Position numbers and translations under genes: made by a program | Source of the DNA: an uncultured Candidatus Saccharibacteria bacterium | GTDB taxonomy: Bacteria > Patescibacteriota > Minisyncoccia > Phycocordibacterales > DATDWN01 | Assembly: GCA_964576615.1 (NCBI GenBank) | Contig: CAZNUU010000004.1 | Location: 4,663 to 68,662, forward strand | Direction: 5' to 3' | Length of the DNA stretch: 64,000 nt | Shown: positions 9,818 to 19,708 of the stretch, one piece after another | Layout of the letters: every line of letters starts with the position of its first letter | How positions within the stretch are numbered: the first letter of the stretch is position 1 | Notes under the pieces: model-generated | Seen by the model: only the letters and a program-made list of their open reading frames with translations | Databases searched by the model: none | What the model was told of the DNA's origin: nothing

Positions 9818-10368
9818 TATGAAAGCAACTTTAATGCCTTTTTGACTTTTTCGCCAGTGTCCTTAACATCAGAGGCTTTTTTGAGTGCTTCTCTTGATTC
9901 TTGTTCACTGTAGCCGAGAGACTTAAGGGCTTCTAGAGCGTCGATATCACCAGAGAGGGAATGAGTTTCACCGGAGAGATCTTGGATTTTATCTTTTAAT
10001 TCTAAGACGATTTTTTCAGCATTCTTTTTACCAATGCCAGAAACCTTAGTTAAATGTCCTGTATCACCAGTTGCAATTGCTTTGCGCAAGTTGGAAAGGG
10101 AAGCCATTGAGAGTATTGCTATAGCTGACTTGGGTCCTATACCCGAGACGGAGAGAAGAAGTTCAAAGAAATCCAGTTCTTCTTTTTTAGAAAAACCGTA
10201 TAAATCTAGAGCATTTTCTTTTACGGCCAAATGTGTCCAAAATTCTGTATCTTTGCCTTTATTTAGACTGGCTGTTTTTGTATAAATCTTGTAGCCAATT
10301 CCAGAGACATCTAAAACAACTGATTTCAAATCCTTTTCAATGATTTTACCTTTGAGATAGCTGATCAT
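9817..10368 (-). CDS. ruvA: Holliday junction branch migration protein RuvA
   Basis: MISYLKG, LYGF, VSGIGPK, ALKSLGY. Confidence 0.95.
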   Translation of the reverse strand: MISYLKGKIIEKDLKSVVLDVSGIGYKIYTKTASLNKGKDTEFWTHLAVKENALDLYGFSKKEELDFFELLLSVSGIGPKSAIAILSMASLSNLRKAIATGDTGHLTKVSGIGKKNAEKIVLELKDKIQDLSGETHSLSGDIDALEALKSLGYSEQESREALKKASDVKDTGEKVKKALKLLS

Positions 10369-10475
10369 GTGTGTATATGATACCAGTTTATAACGTTATT
10401 AATAAAATTGACATTTATTCTAGGGTGGGGTTACATAAGCAATAGAAACCAGCAACATGCTGGGGAGGTGACGAC

Positions 10476-10982
10476 ATGCACAGGTTGTTATTGAAGTTCG
10501 CGATCTCAGTTGTTCTTGTCACTTTGTCAGGGTGGATCCTGTCGCTCTATTTCAGACCTGGGGTCCAGCCAAAGATGGAGGTTTTTACAAGAGGTGCTTC
10601 GGACATCTGGTTCGTGGCGCCGACCTGGGGCAATCCTCAGGTTTGCACCTGGTTTGATCGTGGTGACTTCCTGAAAATTGCCCATGGGCCGGTTGCAGTT
10701 ACCGGGCCAAGCGAAGACAATAAAATTTCGCTGCATGCCATCGATCGAAATGTGTGTCATGCCTGGACACCGGCCATTTCTCAAGAGGGCGATTTCGGTT
10801 ACGTAATCTCGGGAGTGGTCGTGACTACAGATTCAATCTCAGTCACTACTAGCAGAAGTTTCGCCCTTGTGTGGCTGTCTGCGTTCGTCTTTGTTGTCGC
10901 TCTCGGGTTCTTTTTGGCTTTTCTTGTGCAGCTGGTCGAGTATTTTCGTTATCGACCCAAATTGGCTGAGCCGGCCAACTAA
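10476..10982 (+). CDS. Hypothetical membrane protein with two TM helices (GC-rich cassette)
   Basis: TTGACA at 10408, SD GGAGGTG, terminator hairpin at 10990-11020. Confidence 0.7.
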   Translation: MHRLLLKFAISVVLVTLSGWILSLYFRPGVQPKMEVFTRGASDIWFVAPTWGNPQVCTWFDRGDFLKIAHGPVAVTGPSEDNKISLHAIDRNVCHAWTPAISQEGDFGYVISGVVVTTDSISVTTSRSFALVWLSAFVFVVALGFFLAFLVQLVEYFRYRPKLAEPAN

Positions 10983-10989
10983 CCTACCC

Positions 10990-11020
10990 AGAGCCTTCGT
11001 GTGTAGCACGAAGGCTCTTT
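10990..11020 (+). terminator. Intrinsic terminator
   Basis: agagccttcgtg/cacgaaggctct followed by T-rich tract. Confidence 0.75.
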
Positions 11021-11071
11021 GCTTTTATGTTGAGATTGATTTATTTTTTCAAATAGGATAGTATCGAAGCC

Positions 11072-11335
11072 ATGCCAATTACCACATCTGCTAAAAAAGC
11101 ACTCCGAGTTTCGCACAAAAAGCGAGTTTTTAATAATGCAAAAAAGGACCTCATCAACAAAACTATCAAGCAATTCAAAAAGCTTGTTTCAGAGAAGAAA
11201 ATAAAAGAGGCTAAGGAACAAATCAAGAATGTTCAAAAAGTTTTAGATAAATCAGTTAAAACTGGACTTATAAAATTAAATACAGCAGCAAGAAAGAAAT
11301 CGAGGTTAGTTAAAATGCTTAAGAAACTAGGTTAA
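11072..11335 (+). CDS. rpsT: 30S ribosomal protein bS20
   Basis: SAKKALR, NTAARKKSRL. Confidence 0.95.
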   Translation: MPITTSAKKALRVSHKKRVFNNAKKDLINKTIKQFKKLVSEKKIKEAKEQIKNVQKVLDKSVKTGLIKLNTAARKKSRLVKMLKKLG

Positions 11336-11336
11336 A

Positions 11337-11411
11337 TGGTGCTCCCGGCAGGAATCGAACCCACATTACAACCTCCGCAAGGTTGCGTCCTATCCATTGA
11401 ACGACGAGAGC
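11337..11411 (-). tRNA. tRNA-Arg(GCG), CCA encoded
   Basis: Minus-strand cloverleaf; anticodon arm caacc-ttgcgga-ggttg. Confidence 0.9.
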
Positions 11412-11425
11412 TTGGCTTTACATTA

Positions 11426-11881
11426 TCAGAATCCCAAATAAAGCAAAACTTTTTCCAAAAAAGGTTCACGATGTTCCTCTTCTGGTAGGTATTGGCTTAG
11501 AAAAGTCTGGACCTCATCTGGTTTAACCTCTTCAATAAAAATTGTAATCAGGTGCATCACAAGTTTCTTTGATTTGATCAGAATTCTGGGATGAAATTCT
11601 CTTGTCTCAACCCAAAAGGATTCCAAACTGGAATAAGGATAAAGTGTTTTATTGATCATGATACCTCCTTCATTTAATTCTACTGCTATTACATGTGGTC
11701 TTCTGGATGCAAACAGAGCTAAGGTAAAAGAAGAGACAAGAATTAAAATTGCGAAAATCACATTGTTTAAAATAATAGAAATAATAGCTATTGAAACAGT
11801 TACAATTCCAACTATCCAATACCAGTCGGCTGTTTTTTCCGTATGAAAATACTCAACAGTCTCCCAGGATAATTTTTTCAT
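11426..11881 (-). CDS. Conserved hypothetical membrane protein
   Basis: EY..EKTADWYW motif, two TM helices and a soluble C-terminal domain. Confidence 0.7.
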   Translation of the reverse strand: MKKLSWETVEYFHTEKTADWYWIVGIVTVSIAIISIILNNVIFAILILVSSFTLALFASRRPHVIAVELNEGGIMINKTLYPYSSLESFWVETREFHPRILIKSKKLVMHLITIFIEEVKPDEVQTFLSQYLPEEEHREPFLEKVLLYLGF

Positions 11882-11884
11882 AAG

Positions 11885-12328
11885 TTAGATTTGAGGGAGG
11901 TCGACTGGTCTTTTTGGCGACTCTATCGAGGCCCAAATAGTTAATGCACAGGCGATTAGTGCGATATTTTTTATTATGTACTGACCTTCTAGTGTCGGGA
12001 CCAGAAACTTTACCCAAACTTCTGACATAATAAAAATTGGTAGAACCGTTGTAATTATATGAATGAAAAACAAAATTAGTGCGTACTTTTCCTTCCCCGG
12101 TATTACAAACAGTATACCAATCAGCATTTCAAAAAGACCAAATAAAACAATAAAGGAGCTAAAGGGAAAGAACGGCATTGTTTTGGAAAGTAGGTGCTGA
12201 ATTAACTCTTTTAACTCGGGATTTGCTAGACCGATAACTTTTATTAGTCCAAACCAAAAATAGATTAAAAACAAGGAAACTCTTGATAAAAGAACAGAAT
12301 ATTGTCGAATGTTCATTCTCTGGTTCAT
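11885..12328 (-). CDS. DoxX/DUF417-like membrane protein
   Basis: YFWFGLIK, EGQYIIKN motifs. Confidence 0.7.
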   Translation of the reverse strand: MNQRMNIRQYSVLLSRVSLFLIYFWFGLIKVIGLANPELKELIQHLLSKTMPFFPFSSFIVLFGLFEMLIGILFVIPGKEKYALILFFIHIITTVLPIFIMSEVWVKFLVPTLEGQYIIKNIALIACALTIWASIESPKRPVDLPQI

Positions 12329-12363
12329 ATCATAATAATAACATCTCATGATAAAATAGGTAT

Positions 12364-12969
12364 ATGTCAGGATCTGTAGTTTCTCTTTTGCAGTATTATA
12401 AATACCCGATAATTTTTCCACTAGCTACTTTTGAGGGTCCGGTAGTTTCTCTGGCGGTCGGTTTCTTGGTTAGAGTCGGGGTATTTAAATTTTTACTGGC
12501 GTACCTTGTTATGATTACAGGAGACATTATCCCTGACAGCTTGTTTTATTTTATCGGTTATTATGGCAATGAGGCAAAAGTTGCCAAGAAGTATTTATCT
12601 AAATCTAAATTTTTTTCAAATCACTTTCCTGCAGTAGAGAGACTTTGGCTTGAGCATCCAGTAAAAATAATGTTTTTTGGTAAGCTGGCTTATGGTATGG
12701 CACTGCCTTTTTTAATCACAGCAGGAATGACCAAGATTCCGTATAAAAGATTTATAAAAATCGCTTTTCCTATTACACTTCTACAGTATTTTGTTCTAAT
12801 GGTGGTGGGGTATTACTTAGGATCTTTATATGGGGGAGCCACAAAATATGTTGAGTGGTTTTATTTCGTCTTTGCATTAGTCGTTGTTGTATTCATGTTG
12901 GTTTATCTAGTCAAATTTGCTAGGAGAAATATTGCCAAAATAGAAAAAGAGGCGGAGTTAGGGAAATAA
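12364..12969 (+). CDS. DedA/VTT-family membrane protein
   Basis: FEGP, GDII..SLFYFIG, AGMTKIPYKRF. Confidence 0.85.
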   Translation: MSGSVVSLLQYYKYPIIFPLATFEGPVVSLAVGFLVRVGVFKFLLAYLVMITGDIIPDSLFYFIGYYGNEAKVAKKYLSKSKFFSNHFPAVERLWLEHPVKIMFFGKLAYGMALPFLITAGMTKIPYKRFIKIAFPITLLQYFVLMVVGYYLGSLYGGATKYVEWFYFVFALVVVVFMLVYLVKFARRNIAKIEKEAELGK

Positions 12970-12970
12970 C

Positions 12971-14380
12971 ATGAGTAAAAAAATATCCTGCATAATCCCG
13001 GCCTACAACGAAGAAAAAAGTATCGCAAAAGTTCTCTCTGTTGCTGGTTCCCTCCTTGGTTCACATATCTACGAAATAATCGTCATAGATGATAAATCAA
13101 AAGACAATACAAAAAAAATTGTTAAGACTTTCTCCCAAGTAAAATTAATTGAAAATCCAATAAACCAAGGTAAGAGTAAAAGTGTGGCGAATGCAATAAA
13201 ACAGTCACAAGGTGATTATATTTTCCTACTCGATGCAGACTTACTTTTTCTTAACCAAGAAAATATTAAAAATTTAATTGAGCCTATTATGTCCGGAGTA
13301 GCTGATGTAACAATAAGCTATAGAAAAAATGCGTGGCCACTTTTTCCATTTAAAGACATAGATTATTGTTCGGGCGAGAGAGTTTTTCCTAAAAAATATG
13401 TCACTCCTTTTTTAGATGCTATGTCGCGTTTACCGAGCTATGGGTTGGAGGTTTTTATCAATAGAAACATTATCATTTTAAATAAACTTCGTTTATTAGT
13501 AGTGAAATGGCCAAATGTTGAAAACGATTTTCATCACAAGAAAAAGAGTTTATTCGCTGGGATTTATGCAACATTAAGAATTTGGTTTCAGGTAATTAAG
13601 AGTTCGTCAATAATTGAAATTTATACTCAAAACATAATGATGAAGGGGCTCATGGTTAAGGAAAACAGATACAAGATAAGTCTTGTTATCTGTGCTCACA
13701 ATGAAGAAAATTATATTGCTCAATGTTTGGAGTATGTCTTAAAAAATTCTCACGGCAAATTTAATGAAATAATTGTTGTAAACAATGCCAGCACAGATAA
13801 AACAAAAGAGATTGCGGAGAAATACCCGGTTCGGGTCCTCGATGAGCCAAACAAGGGTCAGGTACGTGCGCGCCAGAGAAGTGTTGGAGAAGCCGGAGGA
13901 GATTTAATTGCATATATTGATGCGGACACTCGTATGCCTGAAAACTGGGTTGACTCTGCTATTTTTGAATTCGAAAAAGACAAAGACCTAGCTCTTTTAA
14001 GTGGTCCTTATATTTACTATGAATTCTCAAGTTGGGAGAATTTCCTAACGAAAATTTATTGGTATGTATTTGCTTACCCTACCTATTTATTTGTCGGTTA
14101 TATGGCGGTGGGAGGAAATTTTGTGATTAGAAAAGATGTATTAGATAAAATGAATGGTTTTGACACTAGCATTGAATTTTGGGGAGAAGATACAAATATT
14201 GCAAAAAGAGCCAGCCAATTCGGTAAGGTTAAGTTTAGTTTGCGTTTTTATATGTTGTCATCAGCTCGGCGCCTCAGACAATCTGGAATATTGAAAACAG
14301 CAGGGAATTATGTGGTAAACTTTCTAAGCCAGGTTTTTTTGAAAAAATCTGCCATGTCTTCCTATGAAGATATAAGATAG
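12971..14380 (+). CDS. Tandem two-domain GT2 glycosyltransferase
   Basis: Two GT-A modules: IIPAYNEE..DDKSKD..DAD and VICAHNEE..NNASTD..DAD..GED. Confidence 0.9.
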   Translation: MSKKISCIIPAYNEEKSIAKVLSVAGSLLGSHIYEIIVIDDKSKDNTKKIVKTFSQVKLIENPINQGKSKSVANAIKQSQGDYIFLLDADLLFLNQENIKNLIEPIMSGVADVTISYRKNAWPLFPFKDIDYCSGERVFPKKYVTPFLDAMSRLPSYGLEVFINRNIIILNKLRLLVVKWPNVENDFHHKKKSLFAGIYATLRIWFQVIKSSSIIEIYTQNIMMKGLMVKENRYKISLVICAHNEENYIAQCLEYVLKNSHGKFNEIIVVNNASTDKTKEIAEKYPVRVLDEPNKGQVRARQRSVGEAGGDLIAYIDADTRMPENWVDSAIFEFEKDKDLALLSGPYIYYEFSSWENFLTKIYWYVFAYPTYLFVGYMAVGGNFVIRKDVLDKMNGFDTSIEFWGEDTNIAKRASQFGKVKFSLRFYMLSSARRLRQSGILKTAGNYVVNFLSQVFLKKSAMSSYEDIR

Positions 14381-14382
14381 AA

Positions 14383-15030
14383 ATGAAAGCCTTAGTAATA
14401 AAACATAAAAATTTATGGAACAACAGAACTTTTGTTGTTTCGGTTTCAGTATCCTTACTTCTTTTAATCATTAGTTTTTGTGTAAATTATGTTGCAGTCA
14501 AGGTTGCCACAGAAGACATAGGGAATTCTACAACCGATATTCTCCTCGATAACCTCCCTGTCGTTAATACTGATTTTATTGTGAGCGAAGGCGCGGCTAT
14601 TTTCACAGCCTTTATTGTATTTCTATGCATATTTGACCCAAAGATTATCCCTTTTTTGATTAAAAGCATTGCACTTTTTATTTTTATAAGGGCACTTTTT
14701 GTAGTAATGACCCATTTGGCTCCATTTCCAAACCACATCAATGCGGATTATAGCAATTTGAAGTATATAAGCTCTGGATCAGATTTATTTTTTTCAGGTC
14801 ATACCGGCATGCCTTTTTTACTCAGTTTAATTTTCTGGGATCATAAATTACTTCGATATGTTTTTCTCGCGATTTCGATCATTGCAGCCGTAGGAGTTAT
14901 TCTTGGACATCTACATTACACTATCGACGTTTTTTCAGCCTTTTTTATCACTTTTGGGATATACCATATGGTTTTGAAATTTTTCACAAAAGATTACAGA
15001 CTCTTTCTTCATGGTCCGGAAACCAACTAG
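14383..15030 (+). CDS. Sphingomyelin-synthase/PAP2_C-like membrane phosphotransferase
   Basis: DLFFSGHT and HYTIDV motifs; multiple TM helices. Confidence 0.75.
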   Translation: MKALVIKHKNLWNNRTFVVSVSVSLLLLIISFCVNYVAVKVATEDIGNSTTDILLDNLPVVNTDFIVSEGAAIFTAFIVFLCIFDPKIIPFLIKSIALFIFIRALFVVMTHLAPFPNHINADYSNLKYISSGSDLFFSGHTGMPFLLSLIFWDHKLLRYVFLAISIIAAVGVILGHLHYTIDVFSAFFITFGIYHMVLKFFTKDYRLFLHGPETN

Positions 15031-15031
15031 C

Positions 15032-15967
15032 TTATTTATAGTTTGAAAGAATATTTTTTACCGAATTGATTGGTATGGAAAAGCTAATACTATTTCCACC
15101 CTGGACTGTGGCCACATTTATTCCAACTATATCTCCGTTTAAATCAATAAGTGGACCGCCTGAATTTCCTGGATTGATCGCAGCATCTGTTTGAATAATA
15201 TTGGACAATGTCTCCGATTTGCCGGTTTCATCTTGGGCGGTGATACTTCTGTTTAGGCCAGAGACGATTCCAACAGAAACTGAATTGTCATATTCACCCA
15301 AAGCATTACCAATTGCCGCAACTGTTTGTCCAAGTTTTAGGCCGGAGGAGTCTCCAATTGATCCGATTGTTTTGTAACTTCCATCAATTTTTATTATGGC
15401 AATATCGTTATTTAAATCTCTGTATATGACTTTTGCTGTTTTTTGACTACCATTTGAAAGGAGAACAGTATATTGGGCCGAGGAGTCAAAGATGACATGT
15501 TTGTTAGTTACGATATATCCATCTTGTCTAAAAAGTATTCCCGTGCCAGCCCCGACCTTTTTAAGTGTGTTGCCGGTTTGGCGGTAAACTGGAATTCGGA
15601 AACCAGGGTCGGGTAAAGAAGGGTCGTCGCCAAATGGATTAACGTAAGCTACTTCGTATTGTGGTGCATATTGAGATATGACAATTGATACAACTGCTGG
15701 AGCAGTTTTTGCTACAGCCGAAGTCAGGAGCTGGTCTTGTGATTTTTGCACAACCTGTTTTCGATTCAGGAGTTCCTGGGCAGAAATCGCTGCAGCAAAA
15801 CTTCTCGAGCTAGATGCCAGAGACATCGTTTGGTTTTGTAGATTGCCAATTTCTCTTTGAAGCGTCAGGACTTTAGAGTTGAAAGACTGATTCTGTTTGA
15901 TATTCCAAAATACCTGAGTAGCCAGAGCAAGGACAAGAATAAATATAAATCCAATGGTTCTTTTCAT
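15032..15967 (-). CDS. HtrA/DegP-like trypsin serine protease without PDZ domain
   Basis: TNKHV, DIAII, QTDAAINPGNSGGPL. Confidence 0.9.
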   Translation of the reverse strand: MKRTIGFIFILVLALATQVFWNIKQNQSFNSKVLTLQREIGNLQNQTMSLASSSRSFAAAISAQELLNRKQVVQKSQDQLLTSAVAKTAPAVVSIVISQYAPQYEVAYVNPFGDDPSLPDPGFRIPVYRQTGNTLKKVGAGTGILFRQDGYIVTNKHVIFDSSAQYTVLLSNGSQKTAKVIYRDLNNDIAIIKIDGSYKTIGSIGDSSGLKLGQTVAAIGNALGEYDNSVSVGIVSGLNRSITAQDETGKSETLSNIIQTDAAINPGNSGGPLIDLNGDIVGINVATVQGGNSISFSIPINSVKNILSNYK

Positions 15968-16032
15968 ACAATATTAATACGAAATATGGAGGGAAAAGTT
16001 CCCGATATTATAACACGTAGGTGGGGAAATTG

Positions 16033-16117
16033 CGGAGGCGGTGAGATTCGAACTCACGGTACCTTGCGGCACTCCCGTTTTCAAGACGGGTGCACTCGAC
16101 CACTATGCGACGCCTCC
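16033..16117 (-). tRNA. tRNA-Ser(UGA)
   Basis: Anticodon arm cccgt-cttgaaa-acggg; long variable arm. Confidence 0.92.
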
Positions 16118-16121
16118 AGTA

Positions 16122-16343
16122 TTACTTACTTTCTATTGTCTCTACAGTATACTTTTTAGCCACAAAGTATATGTAGATGATCTCTAAAATACCTAATGTG
16201 TTTATGATTAGCAAGGCGACAAACCATTTCTTGTGAGAGAGTCTAGCTGCTTTCCAAAGTGCCCAACCCTTCCAAGGCAGTGTCCAAAGGACAACAAGGG
16301 CGATGAGCCAAGCCGGAATGTTACTAAATGTATCTGGCGACAT
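16122..16343 (-). CDS. Small membrane protein (DUF5652-like)
   Basis: WKGWALWKAA..WF..NTLGILEIIY. Confidence 0.75.
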   Translation of the reverse strand: MSPDTFSNIPAWLIALVVLWTLPWKGWALWKAARLSHKKWFVALLIINTLGILEIIYIYFVAKKYTVETIESK

Positions 16344-16407
16344 AATTAACTTATTTTAATTTACTTATTAATAGTAGCAAAAAACAGAAAAATGTTAAGA
16401 TAACCTA

Positions 16408-16809
16408 ATGAAGTATTTAGGCATTGACTATGGAGAAAAAAGAGTTGGCATAGCCATATCAGATGAGGAAGGAAAGTTAGCTTTCCCCTTTTCTGTCTCA
16501 GAAAACTCGGAGAAACTTATTTCTCAAATAGTTAATATATGTACTGAGAATAATATCTCGGAAATAATTGTGGGGGAGTCGAAAGATTTTATGCAAAATG
16601 AAAATACTATAATGGAGGAAATAAAAAAATTTGCGGAAGATCTAGGGAAAGAAATCAAGCTACCAATCCGTCTTCATCCTGAGTTTATGACTTCGGTCGA
16701 GGCGGAGAGAATCCAGGGTAAAAACGAAATGCTCGATGCTTCTGCTGCCGCTTTAATTTTAAGGCACTATTTAGATACAATTAATAACAAAAATAGTGAA
16801 AATGTATGA
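16408..16809 (+). CDS. ruvX: YqgF/RuvX pre-16S rRNA nuclease
   Basis: LGIDYGEKRVGIAISD, DASAAALIL. Confidence 0.9.
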   Translation: MKYLGIDYGEKRVGIAISDEEGKLAFPFSVSENSEKLISQIVNICTENNISEIIVGESKDFMQNENTIMEEIKKFAEDLGKEIKLPIRLHPEFMTSVEAERIQGKNEMLDASAAALILRHYLDTINNKNSENV

Positions 16810-17195
16810 TTTCAATTGAAGATTTCAAAAAATTGGAAATAAAAATAGGGGAAATAAAAAGTGCTGAAAAAGTTCCTGAGACTGACAAATTACTCAAACT
16901 CTCCGTAGATTTTGGGCTAAAATCGCAAGGCGATTCGCCCGATCAGAACAGTAGTTCTGGTTTAGGGGAGAGAGAAATAAGACAGATTATTTCTGGGATA
17001 AGTGAGTTTTTCCCAGAACTAGAGAAACTAATTGGTAAGAAGTGTGCTTTTGCCTATAATCTCGAGCCGAGGACAATAAGAGGACTAGAGAGCCAGGGTA
17101 TGATTCTCGCAGTAAATGGTGGGGAGGGTGAAGAGAAATTCTTCTCGCTTTTGGAAGTTAATCCCGAGACAAAATCTGGCAGTAAAGTGAAGTAG
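16806..17195 (+). CDS. Stand-alone tRNA-binding OB-fold protein (MetG C-terminal/CsaA-like)
   Basis: ISIEDFKKLEIKIG, DKLLKL, RQIISGI, NLEPR..ESQGMIL. Confidence 0.85.
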   Translation: MISIEDFKKLEIKIGEIKSAEKVPETDKLLKLSVDFGLKSQGDSPDQNSSSGLGEREIRQIISGISEFFPELEKLIGKKCAFAYNLEPRTIRGLESQGMILAVNGGEGEEKFFSLLEVNPETKSGSKVK

Positions 17196-17239
17196 TTTTA
17201 CCTGTTTTTTTGGCTTCGCCTTGGTATAATTAAGCAAGT

Positions 17240-18205
17240 ATGTTTAATAAAATACTAGAGGCATTCCCACCGCCCAGGTTTTTAAGTTTGCCATTTTCGG
17301 GAGTTGCAATTTCTGACTCGGCTGTGAGATGTATACAGTTCGGTAGGCGTCACGGGTCTTTATATATTGAAAAATATGCAGAAAAAAAACTGCCTCCAGG
17401 CGTTGTAATCTCTGGAGAGATAAATAACCCAGATGAACTTATAAACACACTATCTAGTCTTAAAAAAGAGCTTAATTTAAATTATGTTCGGGTTTCCCTG
17501 CCAGAAGAGAGGGCCTACCTTTTCACTGCCAAGATTCCAATTGTGAAACAGAAGGAAGTTCGAAGTGCGATTGAGTCGAAAATGGAAGAAAATGTGCCGG
17601 TTTCTCCTACGGAATTAACTTATGACTACAAGCTATTTCATCATAAACAAAAACAACATTTAGACATTGTAGTATCCTGTCTACCAGTTAAGTTTATCGA
17701 TAATTATGTGGAAATAATAAAAAAAGCTGGTCTTTACCCGCTTTCACTGGAGATAGAATCTCAAGCAATTGTCAGGGCACTTCTGCCCCCAAATAGTTTT
17801 GGTACATCGCTCATCATACATTTCAATCCTGATAAAGTTGGCCTTTACGTCGAAAGTTTTGGGGTTGTAAGGTTTACCTCGACAATTCCACTAAAGGGGG
17901 AGTTGGCTACGGATCCGAATTTTCTTTCAGCAGAGATAAAAAAACTTTTTGTTTATTGGCATACCTTGAAAGAAAATATCGATAAGCCCGACAACAAAAT
18001 AACTAGAATCATTGCCTGTGGTGAGAATTTCGACGAGACGACGATTTCCTATCTCTCGGGCCACAATAAAACTGCAGCCTCGATTGGAAATGTCTGGATT
18101 AATGCTTTTAATATCGAAAAAAAACTGCCAGAAATTTCATTTAATGATTCACTAAAGTATACTGCAGCTGTTGGGCTTGCTCTTCCAACCGAGGCATTAA
18201 TATAA
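17240..18205 (+). CDS. pilM: PilM-like type IV pilus assembly protein
   Basis: Actin-like fold signatures, GNVW, AAVGLAL; first gene of a four-gene block. Confidence 0.75.
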   Translation: MFNKILEAFPPPRFLSLPFSGVAISDSAVRCIQFGRRHGSLYIEKYAEKKLPPGVVISGEINNPDELINTLSSLKKELNLNYVRVSLPEERAYLFTAKIPIVKQKEVRSAIESKMEENVPVSPTELTYDYKLFHHKQKQHLDIVVSCLPVKFIDNYVEIIKKAGLYPLSLEIESQAIVRALLPPNSFGTSLIIHFNPDKVGLYVESFGVVRFTSTIPLKGELATDPNFLSAEIKKLFVYWHTLKENIDKPDNKITRIIACGENFDETTISYLSGHNKTAASIGNVWINAFNIEKKLPEISFNDSLKYTAAVGLALPTEALI

Positions 18206-18208
18206 GCT

Positions 18209-18748
18209 ATGTTTAACGTACTTCCGGAAAATATAAAAAGAGAAATTAAGTCAAACTACAGGATGCGTTTGATAGTTGTGTGTCTGCTCATCATTATTGT
18301 AGTTCAGGTTTCTGCTTTAGTGTTCATGCTGCCTTCTTGGGTCAGTTCATACTATAGGCAAAAAGATGTCGCAAACAGAGCTGAAAAAATGAATCAAAAC
18401 TTGCCAGCCATTGATATGACGGCCATTGATTCAGAAATAAAATCGACCAACTTTAAATTAAAAATACTAACCTCAACCTTAGAATATCCAGAAATTATTC
18501 CGTATATTAACCTTATTTTAGAAAACAAGACTAACTCAATTAAATTAAATAGTCTTACTTATACTCTCCCAAATCAGTCTTCAGCCAAGTTTAACTTAAA
18601 CGGTGTAGCCGATTCTCGAGATGCTCTTCTAGCTTTTGTTAAAAATATTCAAAACACTGGAAAGTTTAAGGCGGTTGATCTGCCGATTTCGAACTTTGCT
18701 AAAGATAAGAATATTAGATTTTCACTTGATCTTACTATCAATTCATGA
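18209..18748 (+). CDS. PilN-like protein
   Basis: N-terminal NVLP, TM helix, LNGVADSR; follows pilM. Confidence 0.7.
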   Translation: MFNVLPENIKREIKSNYRMRLIVVCLLIIIVVQVSALVFMLPSWVSSYYRQKDVANRAEKMNQNLPAIDMTAIDSEIKSTNFKLKILTSTLEYPEIIPYINLILENKTNSIKLNSLTYTLPNQSSAKFNLNGVADSRDALLAFVKNIQNTGKFKAVDLPISNFAKDKNIRFSLDLTINS

Positions 18749-19278
18749 AGTCTCTAAAAGTTACAATAGTAATACTGGCTCTAGTTTCTGCAGTACTTTT
18801 TTATGCGAAGTATTATATCTATCAAAATATAAAAGAGATTAATCAAAATGTCTCAGTCCTGGAGAACGGGCTCTCATCTTCGGACGAGAGAAGGGCATAC
18901 CAAATTGCAACTAAAAAAAATATAGCGAATCTTGAACCAGAAATAACCAAGATAAATAATTCAATCATCGCAAATGGTGAGGATGTTAAATTTATTGAAG
19001 ACTTGGAAGCCTTAGCCAACAGCAATGGTTTAAGTATCGATATAAGCTCCCTTTCCTTCGAGGACGATCCGAAAATCTCTTCCTCAACAATCACCACTTT
19101 TGTTATCAAAGCAAAAGCAAAGGGGGGGTGGGCCGGTAATTATACATTCCTCGCAGAGATGGAGTCCTTGCCCTTTAAGGTAAAGATCAATCGATTTGCA
19201 CTATCTAATATTGGCTTAGATAGCGGAGCAATTGGTTGGCAGTCAGATTTTGAAATGAGGGTCCTCAAATACAAATAA
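18745..19278 (+). CDS. PilO-like protein
   Basis: TM helix, coiled coil, FLAEMESLP; gene order. Confidence 0.65.
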   Translation: MKSLKVTIVILALVSAVLFYAKYYIYQNIKEINQNVSVLENGLSSSDERRAYQIATKKNIANLEPEITKINNSIIANGEDVKFIEDLEALANSNGLSIDISSLSFEDDPKISSSTITTFVIKAKAKGGWAGNYTFLAEMESLPFKVKINRFALSNIGLDSGAIGWQSDFEMRVLKYK

Positions 19279-19604
19279 TGAAAAAGATACTTGAAAAGTT
19301 AAAACCATATTTGGAAAAAATGAAGATGGGTAATTCCTATCGCAAGGAGGGAATTTGGCCAGAACGTGACTGGAAAATAATTCTGTCAGTTACTTTTATT
19401 GCTGTAATACTTGTCGGAGGGTTGTCAGTTTACTTTTACTTAGAAATTGATCAAGGCAACCTTTTTCAGGTTGAAAGCGCTGGGATGAATCAAGAATTAA
19501 AAATCGACGCTGGTCTACTTACGAAAACTATTGGCGAGATAAACTCAAGGCAGGATGCTCTCGCAAATATTAAGAATAATGTGCCGAAAGATCCGTCTCT
19601 TTAA
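19278..19604 (+). CDS. Hypothetical single-TM protein at end of pil block
   Basis: PERDW motif and TM helix; overlaps previous stop. Confidence 0.6.
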   Translation: MKKILEKLKPYLEKMKMGNSYRKEGIWPERDWKIILSVTFIAVILVGGLSVYFYLEIDQGNLFQVESAGMNQELKIDAGLLTKTIGEINSRQDALANIKNNVPKDPSL

Positions 19605-19636
19605 TTCGAGTCAATTTTCTGATAATCTAAAGCCAC

Positions 19637-19708
19637 GCTCTCGTAGTTCAATGGATAGAACCGCGGACTTCTAAGCCGCTGATGTAAGTTCGATTCTTAC
19701 CGAGAGCA
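19637..19708 (+). tRNA. tRNA-Arg(UCU)
   Basis: Acceptor stem gctctcg/cgagagc; anticodon loop cttctaa. Confidence 0.9.
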
